Source: Acidimicrobiia bacterium (GTDB lineage: Bacteria; Actinomycetota; Acidimicrobiia; Spongiisociales; ZC4RG35). Taken from it: a stretch of 64,000 bases of DNA. The stretch is from the NCBI GenBank assembly GCA_036259475.1, contig DATABS010000094.1, positions 11,801-75,800 of the forward strand. The letters run 5' to 3'. The notes beneath the pieces are model-generated. The model was not told the DNA's origin, did not search any database, and saw only the letters and a list, made by a program, of their open reading frames with translations. Below are positions 17,729-26,681 of this stretch, piece after piece. Position 1 is the stretch's first letter. Each line of letters begins with the position of its first letter. Made by a program: the position numbers and the translations under genes.

Positions 17729-19323
17729 GCCGGCTCCAGGGCAACGGCCACCTGATTCACCGTGAGCCATGCCCCCGGTGCGAAGATCTTGGCCACCTGG
17801 GGGGCGAAGATGGGCGATGACACCACCACCTCGCCGGTGGGGCCGTCGGCCACGATCTCGCCGTCCGCCAGGACGATGACTCGATCGGCCGCCTCGGCGA
17901 CGAACTCGACGTCGTGGGTGGCGATCATCACCCCGGCGCCTTGTGCCGCAACCCGGCCAATGATCGATGCGAGCCGCTCCTTGGCCGCGTAGTCCAGGCC
18001 ACGGGTGGGTTCGTCGAGGAGGAGCAGGCTCGGGCCGGCGGAGAGCTGGATGGCGAGCACCAACCCCAGCTTTTCGCCTTCCGACAGGTCGGCCGGGTGC
18101 GACCCGAGGTCGACCGCTTCGAGGATCCGTTCCACCAGACGGAGGGTGGTTCCCGGCGCCGCCTCGCTCGTCTGGTCGGACCGGTCGCACTCTTCGGCGA
18201 CTGTCTCCATGAACAGGAGGTCGGATGGCGTGTGGGGAACGAGGCCGACCAGCCGCCGGGCAGCCGCCGGATGCATGTCGGCGGGATCCCTGCCGGATAC
18301 TCTGACGCTGCCCCCGGTGCGAGTTCCGCTCCCCTGGATCGCCCACAGGAGCGACGACTTGCCAACCCCGTTGCGACCCATCACGGCGACGACTTCTCCG
18401 GCGCCGAGCCGGAAGGTGGTGGGCTGAAGCGCTTCCACCGGACCGTAGCCGACCGACAGGTCCCTGACTTCCAGGCACGGCTCCGGCTCGGTGCGTGTGG
18501 GGGGGACGAAGGCGGCGAGCCGGCCGGCGACCTCGGCGGACCGGCGGCGGGCATCACGCACCGACAGCGGTAACGGCTTCCATCCCGCCAGGCGGCCGAG
18601 ATGGACGACGGGCGGAGCCACCAGAGACTGTTCCATCATCGACGATGGGTCGCCGGTTGTCGCCCGGCCGTATGAATCGAGATGAACGATCCGGTCGGCG
18701 TACTGGACGACCCGCTCGAGGCGATGCTCGGCCATCAGCACGGTGGTGCCGAGATCGTGTACCAGTCGGGTGAGGGCGGCGAGCACCTCCTCGGCGGCGG
18801 CTGGATCCAGTGCCGAGGTCGGTTCGTCGAGCAGCATCACCCGGGGATGGGCCGTCAGCACGGCTCCGATCGCTACTCGCTGGGCCTCACCTCCGGAGAG
18901 TTCCGCCAGCCGACGCGAACGCAGCCGGGAGAGTCCCATCAGGTCGAGCGTCTCCTCCACTCTCTTGCGCATCACCTGGGGAGCCAGTCCCAGCTGTTCC
19001 ATCGTGTAGGCCAGCTCCTCCTCCACGGTGTCCGTGACGAAACCGGTGGTCGGATCTTGGGCAACGAGTCCGACGATGTCGGCCAGCTCCCGGACCGCCA
19101 CCCGGCTGGTGTCGTAGCCCGCCACGACGACGCGACCGGTCAGAATTCCACCGCTGAACCTGGGCACCAGACCGTTGACGGTTCGGAGGAGCGTCGTTTT
19201 GCCCGATCCGGTCGGGCCGATGACCAAGGCCAGCTCGCCCTCGGTAATCCCCAGGTCGACCCCATCGAGTGCCGGATGGGAGGCGCCGGGATATCGGAAC
19301 GAGACGCGCTCGAAGCGGATCAT
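17725..19323 (-). CDS. ecfA: ECF transporter fused tandem ATPase (EcfA1-EcfA2, two ABC domains)
   Basis: two Walker A motifs (GPTGSGKTT, GRNGVGKSS) and two signature motifs (LSGGEAQRV, LSEGEKLGL). Confidence 0.85.
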   Translation of the reverse strand: MIRFERVSFRYPGASHPALDGVDLGITEGELALVIGPTGSGKTTLLRTVNGLVPRFSGGILTGRVVVAGYDTSRVAVRELADIVGLVAQDPTTGFVTDTVEEELAYTMEQLGLAPQVMRKRVEETLDLMGLSRLRSRRLAELSGGEAQRVAIGAVLTAHPRVMLLDEPTSALDPAAAEEVLAALTRLVHDLGTTVLMAEHRLERVVQYADRIVHLDSYGRATTGDPSSMMEQSLVAPPVVHLGRLAGWKPLPLSVRDARRRSAEVAGRLAAFVPPTRTEPEPCLEVRDLSVGYGPVEALQPTTFRLGAGEVVAVMGRNGVGKSSLLWAIQGSGTRTGGSVRVSGRDPADMHPAAARRLVGLVPHTPSDLLFMETVAEECDRSDQTSEAAPGTTLRLVERILEAVDLGSHPADLSEGEKLGLVLAIQLSAGPSLLLLDEPTRGLDYAAKERLASIIGRVAAQGAGVMIATHDVEFVAEAADRVIVLADGEIVADGPTGEVVVSSPIFAPQVAKIFAPGAWLTVNQVAVALEPA

Positions 19324-20418
19324 CTAGGCGGCCTTCTCGACGATCGGCCGCGGTGCCCGGGCGGCAACCTGCGGAGCGGAGATGGCCGGCAGAGCCGCGA
19401 GGAGAAGTGAAAGAAGGGCAACAGGGCCGGCGCCCGGCCATTCGAGCGGCTGGAGTGATGGGTTGAGTGTGGTCGGCTGCATGACACCGGCTGCCGCCAA
19501 CCCCACCGCGGCAGCTCCACCTGCCAGAGTCACCAGCCACTCGCGGCCGCCCCACGCATCGGGCCGGTAGCGAGTGCGCGCCACATTGCGGCCGAGCTGG
19601 CTGAGCCCCAGGGCAGCGAGCGCGGCGCCGGCGGTCATCGTCCCTCCCGAGACCGCGACGTCGCCTCCAGAGAGAAGCCCGAAGAGGCCGACGCAGACCG
19701 CTCCGAGTCCCAGCCAGGCCGCGAGCCCGACGATCACAGAGTGTTGCGCCCTCCCGGCGCCGGATCGGCCATAACCCCTCGAGTCCATCGACGCGGCGAG
19801 GGCGATCGACCGATGGAGGGCGTCCTCCAGGACCGGAACGAGAAGCGACCGCACGGATCTCAGGCCTCGGCCGCTCTCTCCCCTCAGACGACGGGCTCTC
19901 CGCACGCGAGCGAGCGACTCGACCAGCTGGGGGGCGAGCGAGAGTGCCACGACGGCCGAGGTGGCCACACCGGCTAGAGAGCGGGGCAGTGAGGGAAGCA
20001 GCCGCCGGGGATCGGCCAGCGAGTTGGCGGCTCCTATGACCACCACGATCGTGGCCAGGCGGAGCCCGTCGTAGAGGCCGGCCAGCAGCTCCTCGACGGT
20101 GACCGTGCCGCCCAACTCGACGCCCGCCGGAAGGCTAACTCGGGGGAGGTCCACGAGAGGCGTGCGGCCGAAGTCACCGCCCAGCAAGAGTCGGAATCCA
20201 ACCCGGATGGCGATCACCACCAACCCCACCACCAGGTACATCCGGTATCCCCCTGCCCACCGAATCTGCGTCCTACGGGATGCCACCACCAGAGAGGTCA
20301 CGGCGACGATCAGCCCGAGCAGCAGCGGATTCCTGGTCTGGGTGGCGGCGGCGACGAGTCCCAGTGCCCACAGCCACCAGGCAGCGGCATGGAGCCGTCT
20401 CGCTCGGCGCCTTCTCAT
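19324..20418 (-). CDS. ecfT: ECF transporter T component (EcfT/CbiQ family)
   Basis: CbiQ-like TM protein with conserved Arg-rich cytoplasmic loop (ARVRRARRLRG); ATG at 20418 forms ATGA with the DUF4430 gene stop. Confidence 0.8.
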   Translation of the reverse strand: MRRRRARRLHAAAWWLWALGLVAAATQTRNPLLLGLIVAVTSLVVASRRTQIRWAGGYRMYLVVGLVVIAIRVGFRLLLGGDFGRTPLVDLPRVSLPAGVELGGTVTVEELLAGLYDGLRLATIVVVIGAANSLADPRRLLPSLPRSLAGVATSAVVALSLAPQLVESLARVRRARRLRGESGRGLRSVRSLLVPVLEDALHRSIALAASMDSRGYGRSGAGRAQHSVIVGLAAWLGLGAVCVGLFGLLSGGDVAVSGGTMTAGAALAALGLSQLGRNVARTRYRPDAWGGREWLVTLAGGAAAVGLAAAGVMQPTTLNPSLQPLEWPGAGPVALLSLLLAALPAISAPQVAARAPRPIVEKAA

Positions 20419-21218
20419 GCGGCGCCTCCGCCCCGGCGCCACGCCACTACCGCGGCGGTGGTGGCCACCGCCGCGATCACCAGAGCGCCGGCGAGGAAGC
20501 CGCCGGCGCCGTTCCCTGGCTCGCCCGCCGCGAGCGGCATGCTGGTCGCCGAGCTGGGCGACGGCTCCGTGGTCGGGGGAACGGTCGTGGTTGGGGCCAC
20601 AGTGGTGGTCGGGATGAGGGTCGTGGTCGGCGCAGAGTCGCTCGACACCGAGGACGAGGGAGGCACCGTGGTGGTCGTGCTCGTCGTGGTCGTGCTCGTG
20701 CTCGTCGTGGTGGTGGAAGTAGTGCTCGTCGTCGTGGAGCTGGTGGTCGTGGTCGTGCTACTCGTCGTGGTGGTGGCTGGCGCCGGGATCGGAAAGTCCG
20801 GAGGGTCGGTGTGTGAAGTGGCGAACGCCCACCCTTCGAAGTCGCCCGGGATGGTGGCGGCGGCTCCACTGGAGTTGAACCGCCAGGTGCCGCCCAGATC
20901 GGCCGTCCAGTACGACCAGAACGCGTCGGCCGGGGGCGTGTCGGCGCAGTCCTCGGTCTCCGGACCGGGCTGGCCGTCGATCCGACAGACGAACGCCGCC
21001 CCGGTCTGGACCCGGTCGACGTCGAAGCCGGCCTGGGCGAGCGCCTCCAATCCGGTACTCGCCGTCGGGGCGCATCCGACGACCACACCTCCACCGAGGT
21101 CGGCGAAGTCGACCACCACCGTCGTCCCCGCGCCCGGATCACAGGCGGCAGCCGCGGCTGGAGTGGCCGCCGCCCCCACCAAGAGGGCCGCCGCCAGGAT
21201 CCGCTCCGACCACCTCAC
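20415..21218 (-). CDS. DUF4430 (transcobalamin beta-domain-like) lipoprotein with Thr/Ser-rich stalk and C-terminal hydrophobic anchor
   Basis: signal plus lipobox-like AAAAC; motif FWSYWTADLGGTWRFNSSGAAATIPGDFEGWAF matching the DUF4430 YWMY..NG....GA....DGD.I.W.Y pattern; long (T/S)n linker; C-terminal GGFLAGALVIAAVATTAAVVAWRRGGG; GTG start at 21218. Confidence 0.6.
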   Translation of the reverse strand: MRWSERILAAALLVGAAATPAAAAACDPGAGTTVVVDFADLGGGVVVGCAPTASTGLEALAQAGFDVDRVQTGAAFVCRIDGQPGPETEDCADTPPADAFWSYWTADLGGTWRFNSSGAAATIPGDFEGWAFATSHTDPPDFPIPAPATTTTSSTTTTTSSTTTSTTSTTTTSTSTTTTSTTTTVPPSSSVSSDSAPTTTLIPTTTVAPTTTVPPTTEPSPSSATSMPLAAGEPGNGAGGFLAGALVIAAVATTAAVVAWRRGGGAA

Positions 21219-21223
21219 CTCTG

Positions 21224-22513
21224 TCAGTCCCCCAACGCCCGGAAGAGGAACGCCGCCATCTCTCCACGGCTGACGGAGTCGCCGGGGCAGAACCGGTCGT
21301 TGGCGGGCGGGTTGCAGCCTCGGGTGATGCCGGTGGCGGCGAGCCATCGGATGTCGGTGTGGAACACCGAGTCTGCGGTGTCGGTGAAGTCGCCGGACTG
21401 GCCGGTGGGCAGGGTGTCGCCGAGCGCCCGGTGGAGGAAGGCGGCCATCTGCCCGCGGGTGACGGAGTCGCCCGGGCAGAACCGGTCGTTGGCGGGCGGA
21501 TCGCATCCTCTCGTCACGTCGGAGTCGCCCAGCCAGTCGGCTTCCCGGGCGAACAGGTGATCCCAGGTGACGTCGGCAAACGGGTCGACATCCAAGAGGT
21601 GATAGGGGCCGCCGCCGAGGGCCAGCACGCCCTGCAGGGTGGCGAACCCGTTGGGCACCGTATCCGCTTCGGTGAAGCGGATACCGCCGTCGGCAGTCTG
21701 GAGCGACATGACGAAGTCCGCCGCCAGGTCGGCGGCGGCGGTCTCGCCGGCGGCGCGCAATGCCTGGCCCGCTACGCCGGCCGTGTTGGCGTTCGGATCA
21801 CCAAAGGGGCTGGCCCACGAGCCGTCGGCGTTCTGCTCACCGATGAGGAAGTCGGCCGCCAGCGCCGCGACCTGGCTGTGGCCAGCCGCAATCGCCGCCT
21901 GCAGGGCGAGGGCGGTCACGTCAACATCCGGGGCGCCGGGATCGAAGGGACTCGACCAAGACCCGTCGGAGTTCTGCTGGGCGGCGAGCCAATCGCCGGC
22001 ATCCGTCGGACTCCCATCGAGGGTGGATGCCAGGGCCAGCATTGCCAGAGAATGGGTGAACATGTCGTCGGCGAAGCTGCCGTCGGCCCGTTGGAGGGCA
22101 CGGAGCTCAGATTCCAGGTGGCGGCCCGGCAGGAAGGAGGCCGGGTCTTCGCGGTTGACGAGCACGGCCAACAGCACCTTGGCCAGGGCGCCGGGGTTGG
22201 GTGCATCGGCCGGTCCGACGTAGTCGGCGGCGCCTTCGACGAGTTCGGCCAGCGCTTGACGGGCGGACCCCTCCCTTACACCGGCTGAGGCGAGGGCGAA
22301 GATGACGTCGGTGCGGGCGGCGGCCTTGCCGAACTGGTCGAAGCCAGGCTGAGAGGAGTCGAGCTCGGCGGCTATCCAATCCGCCGCCGCGGTCGAAGCG
22401 TTCTCTTGCCCCTCATCGGCCTGTGCCAGCGAAGGCATTGCGACGGCTCCGACGAGAAGGATGGTCAGGAATACGCCTGCGAGTCGCCCGGGGAGGCGAG
22501 TGGATGAAGTCAT
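21224..22513 (-). CDS. secreted alpha/alpha-toroid (prenyltransferase/squalene-cyclase-like QW repeat) protein with two C-terminal SLH cell-wall-anchoring domains
   Basis: signal peptide MTSSTRLPGRLAGVFLTILLVGAVAMPSLAQA; four Q..(A/S)DGS(W/F) repeats about 45 aa apart; two about 55-aa C-terminal repeats F.D....F...I.WLA..GITRGC.PPANDRFCPGDSV(T/S)RG(Q/E)MAAFL.RALGD resembling SLH. Confidence 0.65.
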   Translation of the reverse strand: MTSSTRLPGRLAGVFLTILLVGAVAMPSLAQADEGQENASTAAADWIAAELDSSQPGFDQFGKAAARTDVIFALASAGVREGSARQALAELVEGAADYVGPADAPNPGALAKVLLAVLVNREDPASFLPGRHLESELRALQRADGSFADDMFTHSLAMLALASTLDGSPTDAGDWLAAQQNSDGSWSSPFDPGAPDVDVTALALQAAIAAGHSQVAALAADFLIGEQNADGSWASPFGDPNANTAGVAGQALRAAGETAAADLAADFVMSLQTADGGIRFTEADTVPNGFATLQGVLALGGGPYHLLDVDPFADVTWDHLFAREADWLGDSDVTRGCDPPANDRFCPGDSVTRGQMAAFLHRALGDTLPTGQSGDFTDTADSVFHTDIRWLAATGITRGCNPPANDRFCPGDSVSRGEMAAFLFRALGD

Positions 22514-22555
22514 GTCGATACGGTGTCCTTCCTCTCGCGGTCTGGTTAGCGACCC

Positions 22556-22790
22556 AGCGACGAGGTGGTTCCGATCGACGGTCCGCCGAAGGCGGTGCTG
22601 GTCGGGCTTTCGTCCCGGGCCCCGCCCGTAGACCTCGACGGGTTCGATGGAGCCGCAGCCATGTCTGGTATCCCGGCTCGCCGTCCCATTGAGACGGCCT
22701 ACGGTTGCGGGTCAGCGCCGGATTTCGACCGGCTTCCCCAGACAGGGCCCGATTCGGTTGTCACCCGGACCCTACCACCCCCGCGTCCCG
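22556..22790 (-). ncRNA. cobalamin (B12) riboswitch in the 5' leader of the SLH/DUF4430/ECF operon
   Basis: minus-strand core GGGGAAGCCGGTCGAAATCCGGCGCTGACCCGCAACCGTAGG (22738-22699) matches the Cbl riboswitch core AGGGAA..GGUGAAAAUCC...GCUG.CCCGCAACUGUAA; downstream GGGACGGCGAGCCGGGATACC resembles the B12-box; possible anti-SD CCTCGTCGC pairing with GCGAGAGG before the ATG at 22513. Confidence 0.6.
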
Positions 22791-22796
22791 GACGAC

Positions 22797-23249
22797 TCAG
22801 ATGAGCGCCTGGACGATCCACCCCGCAGCCAGGCCGTAGACGCCGGCCACCAGGTCGTCGGCGGTGACCCCCAGGCTCCCGGTCAGATGCTCGGCGGGAG
22901 CGACCCCGGGGAAGGCCCGCTTGAAGATGTCGGCGGCCCGAAACACGGCCCAGGCGACGAGGGCTGCCGGGAGGGCCAGACCGAGCGTGGCGAGGAAGGT
23001 CCCCGCCGCTTCGTCGATGACGACCCAGCCGGGGTCGCCTTCGATGCTGGCGAAGGGACGCACCGAGATGATCGAAGCCGCTGTCAGGGCAACCAGAGCC
23101 AGTGCCTGCGCCCAGGCACCGAAGGCTCCCAGCCATACGGCAAAGGGCAAGGCGAATAGCGAGCCCACCGTTCCCGAACCGATGTCGGCCCCACGAATCT
23201 GTCGGAGGATGAGGCCGGTCCCGAAGAACGAAGCGACGACACGTGACAC
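22797..23249 (-). CDS. pgpA: phosphatidylglycerophosphatase A
   Basis: PgpA-family small membrane protein, 150 aa; family assignment moderate. Confidence 0.6.
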   Translation of the reverse strand: MSRVVASFFGTGLILRQIRGADIGSGTVGSLFALPFAVWLGAFGAWAQALALVALTAASIISVRPFASIEGDPGWVVIDEAAGTFLATLGLALPAALVAWAVFRAADIFKRAFPGVAPAEHLTGSLGVTADDLVAGVYGLAAGWIVQALI

Positions 23250-23293
23250 TGCGGGGGAAGGGTAGGGTCTCCCCGGCCCCGCTCAGGAGAATC

Positions 23294-25174
23294 ATGGACC
23301 AGCGCCTTCACGGCATGAGCTATCCCTCCACGCCGGCCGTTTCGCCCGACGGCTCCCGGGTCGCCTTCGTCGTGACGGCGATCGACAGCGAGGCGGACCG
23401 CTATCGCAACGGGATATGGCTGACGGATGGCCGGGATACGGCCCGATTCACGGCCGGGGAAGGCGACACCTCCCCCGCGTGGTCACCGGATGGGTCGCGT
23501 CTTGCCTTCATGCGCAAGGAAGACGACCGGGCGCAACTGGCCGTCATTCATGTCGACGGGGGGGAAGCGAGCATCCTCACCGACTTTCCTCTCGGTGCGT
23601 TCGGTGAGCCGTCCTGGTCGCCCGACGGCAGCACGATCGCGGTGGTGGGCGGAGTGTGGCGCCCGGCGTGGGCCGACCTCGATGAAGACGCCCGGCAGGC
23701 CAAGCCACGACGCATCACCCGACGGGTCTATCGAGCGGACGGTCGAGGCTGGGTCCACGACCGGAGCCTGCTCATCCACCTGGTCGATCCGACCGGACGA
23801 TCCGGTGTGCGCCGGCTGACAGACGGAGAGGAAGACGAGACAGGACCGGCCTGGTCGCCCGACGGCTCGCGTATCGCCTACTTGTCCGACACGTCCGATC
23901 GCCCCGGCTACCAGCCGGGAACCGACATCCTGGTGGTGCCGGCCGACGGCGGTGAAGGCAAGCCGGTGGTGCCCCGCGGCATGTGGTACACCCTTGCCTA
24001 CCGACCGGACGGCATGCTCCATGCGATCGGGTATCCCGGCGACGACTTCCCGGACCATTCTCTCCTGTGGCGATTGCAGCCGGCTCCGGAGTGTGTCAAT
24101 CCCCAATCCGACCGCTCCCTGTTCTCCCTCACCGGAGGGAGCCGTCTGCGATTCGACGGTCAAAGGGCCGTCACCGAGTTGGTGGACTCGGGAGCAGTCC
24201 GGCTGGTCGCCGTCGCACCAGGCGGCGAAATGACAGACGTCCTGGGCGAACGCTCCGTGGTGACGGGATTCGATGTCGCCGCCGGCACCGTGGCGGCCAC
24301 GGTCTCCACCTTCGACACTCCCGCCGAGCTGGTGATCCACCGGGAGAGTGGAACTCAATCGCACGGCGACTTCGGCGGTCGACGGCGTGACGTCGCCGAA
24401 CCGCACCACATCGTGGTGGAGGGACCGGGAGCCCAGCTGGACCTGTGGGTGTATCTGCCGGCTGGTGACGCCCGGGTTCCCCTGCTGCTCAACATCCACG
24501 GGGGTCCCGCCGCCCAGTACGGATGGGGATTCTTCGACGAGTTCCAGGTCTACGCCGAGGCGGGGTACGGCGTGGTGGCCACCAACCCGCGTGGTTCCGG
24601 GGGCAAAGACCGCGAGTTCCTTCGCGCCGTGCGGGGCGAGGGCTGGGGAACCGTCGACGTCGAGGACATCGACGCCGCGGTGGCCGTTGCCCTCGAGCGG
24701 TTTCCTCGCCTCGACGCCGACCGCATGGGGGTGATGGGAGGCTCGTACGGCGGGTTCCTCACCGCCTGGCTCGTCGGGCACCAAACCAGATGGCGGGCGG
24801 CGGTCGTCGAGCGGGCGCTCCTCTCGTGGCCGAGCTTCGCAGGCACATCCGACATCGGCGGCTGGTTCGCCGGGAGCTACCTCGGCGGCCCGGAATTGGC
24901 CTGGGAGCGAAGTCCCTTGCGAGTGGCAGAAAAGGTGAAGACACCGACGCTGATCATCCACTCCGAAGACGACTTCCGCTGCCCCATCGAGCAGGCGGAG
25001 CAGTATTTCGACGCCTTGCTCCGAGCCGGGGTGGAGACCGAGTTCGTGCGGTTTCCCGGCGAGGGTCACGAGCTGTCGCGCAGCGGCAAGCCGCGCCATC
25101 GCGAGGAGCGTTTCGAGATCATCCTCGAGTGGCTGGGCCGCTGGCTCGGGGATGGCAGCGGTTCGCCGTCGTGA
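23294..25174 (+). CDS. S9 family serine peptidase (N-terminal beta-propeller with TolB-like WSPDGS repeats plus C-terminal alpha/beta hydrolase)
   Basis: repeated PAWSPDGSR(I/L)AF motifs; GGSYGGFL nucleophile elbow; ATG at 23294 with caggaga SD. Confidence 0.8.
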   Translation: MDQRLHGMSYPSTPAVSPDGSRVAFVVTAIDSEADRYRNGIWLTDGRDTARFTAGEGDTSPAWSPDGSRLAFMRKEDDRAQLAVIHVDGGEASILTDFPLGAFGEPSWSPDGSTIAVVGGVWRPAWADLDEDARQAKPRRITRRVYRADGRGWVHDRSLLIHLVDPTGRSGVRRLTDGEEDETGPAWSPDGSRIAYLSDTSDRPGYQPGTDILVVPADGGEGKPVVPRGMWYTLAYRPDGMLHAIGYPGDDFPDHSLLWRLQPAPECVNPQSDRSLFSLTGGSRLRFDGQRAVTELVDSGAVRLVAVAPGGEMTDVLGERSVVTGFDVAAGTVAATVSTFDTPAELVIHRESGTQSHGDFGGRRRDVAEPHHIVVEGPGAQLDLWVYLPAGDARVPLLLNIHGGPAAQYGWGFFDEFQVYAEAGYGVVATNPRGSGGKDREFLRAVRGEGWGTVDVEDIDAAVAVALERFPRLDADRMGVMGGSYGGFLTAWLVGHQTRWRAAVVERALLSWPSFAGTSDIGGWFAGSYLGGPELAWERSPLRVAEKVKTPTLIIHSEDDFRCPIEQAEQYFDALLRAGVETEFVRFPGEGHELSRSGKPRHREERFEIILEWLGRWLGDGSGSPS

Positions 25175-25283
25175 TGAGCCACCGGGCCGACCGGCACGGG
25201 AAAGCCTCGGACGGGCAGCGGCCTCGGGCACTCGGTTCGATCCCCCCGACCTGCCGCACCCTCGACCATGCCACAATGAGGCG

Positions 25284-26198
25284 ATGGACAAAGCCACCAC
25301 CATTTGGATGGACGGTGAGATGGTTCCGTGGGACGACGCCCAGGTCCACTTTCTCACCCATGCGCTCCATTACGGCACCGCCGTGTTCGAGGGCATTCGG
25401 GCATACCAGACTCCCGACGGCACTGCCATCTTCCGTCTTCGCGAGCACATCGAACGGCTCCGCCGTTCCGCCCAGGCCTACGCCATCCCCTGGAACCACG
25501 ACGTAGAAGAGCTGATGGAGGCGTGCCGTCAGGTGATGCGAGCGAATCGCCTGGAAACCGGCTACATCCGGCCGCTCGTCTATTACGGCGTCGGTGCCAT
25601 TGGCCTCAACCCAGCCGCGGCCGAAGTCAAGACCGGCATCGCGGCGTGGGAGTGGGGCGCCTACCTCGGAGAAGAGGGAATCCAGAACGGAATCCGGGTG
25701 CGTATCTCGTCGTGGCGGCGGATAAGCGGCCAGAGCTTCGTCCCCATCGCCAAGGGAAGCGGGCAATACCTGAACAGTGTCCTCGCCAAGCAGGAGGCGG
25801 TGGCTACGGGCTACGACGAAGCGCTGATGCTCAATGTCGACGGCAATGTGGCGGAGGGGTCGGGGGAGAACCTGTTCCTGATCCGTGACGGAATCGTGTA
25901 CACGCCGCCCGTCTCGACCGGAATACTCGATGGCATAACCCGCGCCTCGGTCATCGCCCTGCTGGAGGCGGAGGGAGTCGACGTTCGGGAGGCGGGGCTG
26001 ACACGGGGGGATCTCTATGCGGCGGACGAGCTGTTCCTGACAGGTACCGCCGCCGAAGTCACTCCGATTCGGGAGGTCGACGACCGGCCCATTGGAACCG
26101 GCAAGCCGGGTCCGCTCACCCGCCAGGCTCAATCGCTGTACGCCGACGCCGTCACCGGCAAGGTCGAGGCACGGAGCGGCTGGCTCGACTTCATCTGA
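25284..26198 (+). CDS. ilvE: branched-chain amino acid aminotransferase (class IV)
   Basis: about 304 aa class IV aminotransferase pattern (FEGIRAY..., EALMLNVDGNVAEGSGENLF); ATG at 25284. Confidence 0.85.
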   Translation: MDKATTIWMDGEMVPWDDAQVHFLTHALHYGTAVFEGIRAYQTPDGTAIFRLREHIERLRRSAQAYAIPWNHDVEELMEACRQVMRANRLETGYIRPLVYYGVGAIGLNPAAAEVKTGIAAWEWGAYLGEEGIQNGIRVRISSWRRISGQSFVPIAKGSGQYLNSVLAKQEAVATGYDEALMLNVDGNVAEGSGENLFLIRDGIVYTPPVSTGILDGITRASVIALLEAEGVDVREAGLTRGDLYAADELFLTGTAAEVTPIREVDDRPIGTGKPGPLTRQAQSLYADAVTGKVEARSGWLDFI

Positions 26199-26207
26199 GG
26201 AAACGAC

Positions 26208-26681
26208 ATGGCTCAGCAACCCAACGTCGAGCTCTCCCCGGCCGATCTGCCGGCGCCGGTTCTGGAGCCGGCACCGGCCCGACGCCAGAAGATACCCCGG
26301 CCCGGCGTCATCACCACCCCGGCCGAGAAACCTTCCGGGCCGGGATTCGGCAATCCCGGACCCGACACCGGGTGGGCGCTGCGAGTGATCGCCGAATCGG
26401 AGCTACCCGCCGAAGCCACACCCCGGGTGCGTCGGCTTCTGGCCGCCCTCATGGGGGCCCGGGCGGCTCACTACGGCCGGGCGCCGACCTACGGTGACCT
26501 CCGGGTCGCCCTCGACCTCGTGGGGCTGGGTGACAACCGCTCCGATGAGGACGATGCCCGCCGGCGGCGCTGGCTCGAGGCCATGTCGCATGAGAGGACC
26601 CCGGGTGGTCGGGCGGTGGCCGAAGCGGGGCCCGATCTCTATGCCGGTCCCCGTCGTATCGAGTCCCCGTCGTCGCAGTAG
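26208..26681 (+). CDS. hypothetical protein (Pro-rich N-terminus)
   Basis: ORF with ATG start; no recognisable motif. Confidence 0.35.
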   Translation: MAQQPNVELSPADLPAPVLEPAPARRQKIPRPGVITTPAEKPSGPGFGNPGPDTGWALRVIAESELPAEATPRVRRLLAALMGARAAHYGRAPTYGDLRVALDLVGLGDNRSDEDDARRRRWLEAMSHERTPGGRAVAEAGPDLYAGPRRIESPSSQ

